DNA of 64,000 nt. It comes from Marsupella aquatica. Its lineage: Eukaryota > Plantae > Marchantiophyta. The position numbers and the translations under genes are program-made. The stretch spans positions 31,007,112-31,071,111 of the forward strand of contig OZ316891.1 of NCBI GenBank assembly GCA_973895155.1. The letters run 5' to 3'. Below, piece by piece: positions 59,544 through 64,000 of this stretch (position 1 is its first letter; the number at the start of each line of letters is the position of its first letter). Under the pieces are notes generated by a model. It saw only the letters and a program-made list of their open reading frames with translations. It did no database searches and had not been told where the DNA came from.

Positions 59544-61666
59544 AACTATAATACAAGGTTGCGCCTTTTTATGAAGTGTTAGTCATTCAAATTTGCAGTG
59601 TCCAAAAAACATTAACCATGTCAAAGAGAAGGAATACAAATTATATTAAATTTAGTGTGCACCAAAAAAATAAAAAATACATTCCAAACAAGCTCTGAAT
59701 CAAATGGGAGACACAAAAGTAGGGAACCAATGGGGCACACAAAACAAGAGAGTGAATGTACATGCATGAATATCAAGGAGGTATACACATGAAATACAAA
59801 AAGTACATAATATATATGATACTATATATTATTGCAAGTATTACAATATTGAAAAATATAATAATTATGATAGTAATTTAATTACAATAGTTTAATTAAA
59901 AATAAATTAGATTACAAAGACAATATCAAAATCTATAATAAAATGTTACTTTTTTATTATAGTAGTCATTCAAATTTGCAATATCCCAAAAACGAAAAAC
60001 ATGAAAGAATGATTTCTTTTGTGAATGAAAATGGAGAGCAATGTTTCCAAGCAAAAAATGAATTTAATAGTACAAAGAAAATAAGGAGGGTCTCTAGCAA
60101 TGGAAGAGTATCAAGGAGACCTCCCTTTGCCATGTACCACTATAATCCTGATCCTGTTTCTTTACAAACTAAAAAAAGTGACAATCAATCTTGAATGTTC
60201 ATCAAAACATAATTTTTTCCACACTTTAAGATCTATCCATACATCCCTTCTAAAAATAAGTTCCTGCCCAAGCTACCCTTTAACCTTCCCATACCTGCCA
60301 CAATTGAAAAAATTAATCAAATTTTAATTAAATTTATTCATATATAAATATATCTATTTTTGAAATAATTTCAAATAGAAATAAAATATAGATAAAATAT
60401 TTTCTCACCTCTAGATCTTTTCTCATCTTGACATATTTTCCTCACCTTGAGATCTTTTCTCACCTCAACATATATATTATATTTGTCTCATTTTGCCAAA
60501 CATATATATTATATTTGTCTCATTTTGCCATATTTTTCTCACCTGGTCATCTTTATCTCACCACAACATCTTTCTTCACCCACAACATTTTTTCCTCATA
60601 TTGACATCTTTTTCTCATCTCACCATCTTTTCTCTCCTTGACTTATTTTTCTCACCTCCGAACGTTTTTCTCTAATATGACATCTTTTTCTCACATTGCT
60701 ATATTTTCTTTCCTTGACATATTTTTCTCACCTCCGAATGTTTTTCTCTAATATGACATCTTTTTCTAACCTTGCTATATTTTCTTTCCTTGACATATTT
60801 TTCTCAACTCGAAATGTTTTTCTCTTATCGACATCTTTTCTCACCTTGATATATTTTCTCACCTCAACATGCATCTTTTGTGCAATGCACAGGTATCAGG
60901 CCGATATGTACTTAACAACATCTTTTAGTCTGTAATGACATACTTTATCAATTGACCATTTTATACTTAATAACATCTTAATACTTAACGACATCTTTGG
61001 CATAATGACATCATTGGCGACATGACATCTACTTGACACAATTGTTTACTTGATGACCTTTTGGGCAACATGCCATCTTTGGCAAAATGACTTATTTTTC
61101 TTAACAACATCTTTTTACTTCATGACATTTTTCACATAAGAACATCATTCTTGGGAAACACAACATATAATTCTCTTAAGGGCATTTTGAGCCCCGTTTT
61201 GGGCGCCACAACACTTTTCTCTTAGCGACATCTTGGGGGACACTACATCTTGGGCGCCACAACATTCGTTTTCTTAACAATATCTTGGGCTCCATGATCT
61301 CCTTATTTTAATGATATTTTGGGCGACACAACATTTTTTTCTTAACGACATCTTTTGTGCAATGCGTGGGTAATTTCCCTCAACGATGTCTTGGCCGACA
61401 CAACATCTTTTCTCTCAATGATGTCTTTGCCGACACAACATCTTTTTTTCAACGACATCTTGGCTGACATGACAACTTTTTTTTCAATGACCTCTTGGCC
61501 AACATGACATCTTTTTTCTCAACAACTTTTTTTTCTCTCAACCGCCTCTTGGCCGACACGGCATTTTTTCTCTCCACAACCTCTTGGCTGACACGACAAC
61601 TTTTTTTTCTCAACGACATCTTGGCCGACATGACTTCTTTTGTGCAACGCACGGGTATTGAGCTTG
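59544..61666 (+). mobile_element. Composite non-autonomous Helitron, uninterrupted paralog of 48082-56616
   Basis: Starts AACTATAATACAAGGTTGCG; GACATC arrays; hairpins at 60880, 61357, 61642; ends GAGCTTG; contains the Copia empty site near 61295. Confidence 0.8.
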
Positions 61667-62515
61667 TTTCATAATGAAATGATAAAGTTAGAAAAACTCT
61701 AAAATATTGCCAAATAAACTAATGCCGATGAACTTAAATGTTTGACAAAGTGCCTACAGTGTTTATTATAATTAGTATCATAATTTTTATAATCTCCTTG
61801 CATAAATAGTATCACACACACTTATAAGGATGTGACCACAATCTCAAAAAAACTATAAATATTAGCACAAGTAGAGAGTTTAGTCTATTGTTTTAGTTTG
61901 GTTGTATTTCACTTCATCATAATTTAATAAAACTTGACTTACAATTGATATTTTCTATTTTAATTTTATATGCCCTTACAAATATATTTTACTACTGGAG
62001 AGATTTGTACTTTTCATAAGCTATACACATTAATTATGTGTTCATCACACACTATTTCGAGTGGCATCTAGAATAATCTCACTTACTCTAATTTAGAATA
62101 ACATGTATTTAGTCTCACTTCTTATATAGCCTCACACACATTAATTGTGATGACATCTTTCAAAAACCTTTATAAATATTATGTGTGAGACTAATTACAA
62201 TAATCACTGTAGATAACCAAGATAACTTAGATGGATGACAATAAATCTCATTGTGTATTAAACACTTGGTCTTTCAAAAACAATCCATTATATTTTTAAT
62301 ACTAACATGAGCCTGGTCCATCCTAGCCTAAATTTCTTTTGGACACTTAGAATATTTAGTTTTCATACAATTATTACCAACTAAGTGTAGCAATTAGTAT
62401 GGTTGGGAGTTCATGATCATCAAGCTTTCACCATGATCATTAACAACTTACTATCTATCTACTTCTATAATATGCAATGTCACCAAAAATTCAAAATTGA
62501 AGGGAATCAACCTGA

Positions 62516-64000
62516 CACTAGTACATTTTATCGCCCTTTTCCGACAGTGAAAGTATCGGAACCCTTCGGCAACTTGCGACCAGATTTTTGGAACTTCCGA
62601 TTACCACAATATCGGTACATGCCATTTTCTGCACATTGGATATAGACCATCGGACAACTATCGGAAACACCGATATTACCTTCATCGGACCATCCGTAAT
62701 CTAAAATATTGGATATTTTACTATCCGATGCCGGAAGTATCGGACCACCACTTTTTTGCCTGTTCTGTTTACTTAGTTCGTGTCCGATTAGTGTCCGTTG
62801 GTTGAAACTTCGGAATATCCGATATTATTAGTATTGCAAGTTCCAATGCGGTAAGATTCGGAAGATCCAAATGTTCTGGAATGGGAAAGTCCAATACAAA
62901 GTGCATCGGAAGGGCGTGGTTTTGGTTGGATGGAGTGGGATGATTTAAGTATCGGAATGGCATCGGAAAGAGTTCTTTGGGAAGGGGGGATGCCACGCTT
63001 ATTAGCATATTTAGGGGGTTAGGGTTAGGGTGAGGGTGAGGGTTAGGTGTAGGGGTGTTTTGGAGGCATTTTGGAGCTCATTGAAACAACCATGCAACAT
63101 AGATCTAATTAGAACCTATGCATGGCCAAAAAGGGTACTCAAGCCCCTAAAATGAATATATACATATAGACCCCAATATGTACAAGTGTGATCCACTCGG
63201 ATCAAATAAGAAATAGCAGCCTGCCCCATATGGTCTACACTTTTTGCCCTAACACACTAGGCCTCTACTCTGCACATGCTGGTCAACTATCTGACTTGCT
63301 ACCAGCTCAAAATGGAGCATGTCGTCCCTTCCTCTTTTTGGAACAAGTCCGTGGAGGTGGGGGTGGAGAAGCCTCGGTGAATGTGGTCTGGTCCATATTG
63401 GCTTGGTCCAGGTCGTCTGTCCCAAGTGTAGAGGCAACATGAGGAAGTGGACCAACCCCACCACCACCACCATGGGAAGCCCCTGAGCCATGAGAGGGCA
63501 CACCCTCTTCGCTACCTGGGCAAGTATGAAAGAAAGCTGCAGGACCCCCCCCCCACTGGTCCCATCGGCAGTAGAACGTCGTGACTCACCACCACCACCA
63601 CCACTCCCTCCTGACTGGCTAGGGACACCATGACTAGCCGCTGGAGGACCTGAGTGGTGAGAGACCCCACCACCACCGCCTCCACTCCCTCCAGACATGC
63701 CAGAGGCATGTCCACCACCCCCAATGCTGCCTGCATGCTGAGAGACACCGCCACCACTGCCTGCACTCCCTCCAGACTGGCCAAGGGCATGTCGACCACT
63801 CCCAGTGCTGCCTCCATGGTGAGAGGCTCCACCACCACCGCCTGCACTCCCTCCAGACTGGCCAAGGGCATGTCGACCACTCCCAGTGCTGCCTCCATGG
63901 TGAGAGACTCCACCACCTCCGCCTGCACTCCCTCCAGACTGGCCGCCCCCAGTGCGGCCAGAGTGCCGAGACCCTCCACCGTCGGCTGCACTCCCTCCAA
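62516..64000. mobile_element. End of a probable CACTA (En/Spm) DNA transposon
   Basis: CACTAGTACA terminus at 62516 followed by ~450 bp rich in TTCCGA/TCGGAA/TATCGGA subterminal repeats in both orientations; the other end is not in the window. Confidence 0.65.
63307..64000 (-). CDS. C-terminal part of a Gly/Ser/His-rich repeat protein (27-aa units), probably a CACTA accessory ORF; frame break at the C10 run 63545-63554
   Basis: 81-bp periodicity (anchors 63609, 63690, 63771, 63852, 63933); frame reading QSGGSAGGGGGASHHGGSTGSGRHALG is open from the window end; continues as GPAAFFHTCPGSEEGVPSHG...KKRKGRHAPF if one base is added to the homopolymer. Confidence 0.5.

Noticed and set aside
63512-64000. 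162-aa Val/Ala-rich ORF (MEGVQPTV...)
   Set aside because: Probably an alternative frame of the 81-bp repeat; the Gly/Ser/His frame continues coherently into the downstream C-terminus

Overview
Intron-rich land-plant nuclear DNA; a bryophyte/liverwort origin is my low-confidence guess. The left third is genic: a plastid-type MnmG/GidA tRNA U34-modifying enzyme gene (minus strand, 10 exons visible, continuing past position 1), a tRNA-Gln(TTG) gene just upstream of it, and an N6AMT1/HemK2 methyltransferase gene. The rest is a nested transposon field around two tandem, intronless CCD1-like carotenoid cleavage dioxygenase copies. One is a clear pseudogene; the other has a transit-peptide-like N-terminus and a single 1-bp frameshift. 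Transposons: a decayed autonomous Helitron (RepHel), about a dozen co-oriented Helitron 3' termini mostly preceded by GACATC minisatellite arrays, a full-length L1-type LINE with an (AAT)10 tail, a full-length Copia element with paired LTRs and TSD, three solo LTRs, a tRNA-derived SINE, and the end of a CACTA element with a Gly/Ser/His-repeat ORF. Most unusual signals: (i) a repeat-spacer-like array upstream of the CCD whose 25-nt junction pieces are copied from the CCD coding sequence, (ii) a Helitron family with iteron-like GACATC arrays, stacked termini and apparently non-canonical ends, (iii) telomeric filler at a deletion, (iv) active-site divergence of the intronless CCD1 pair. All alignments and counts were done by eye.
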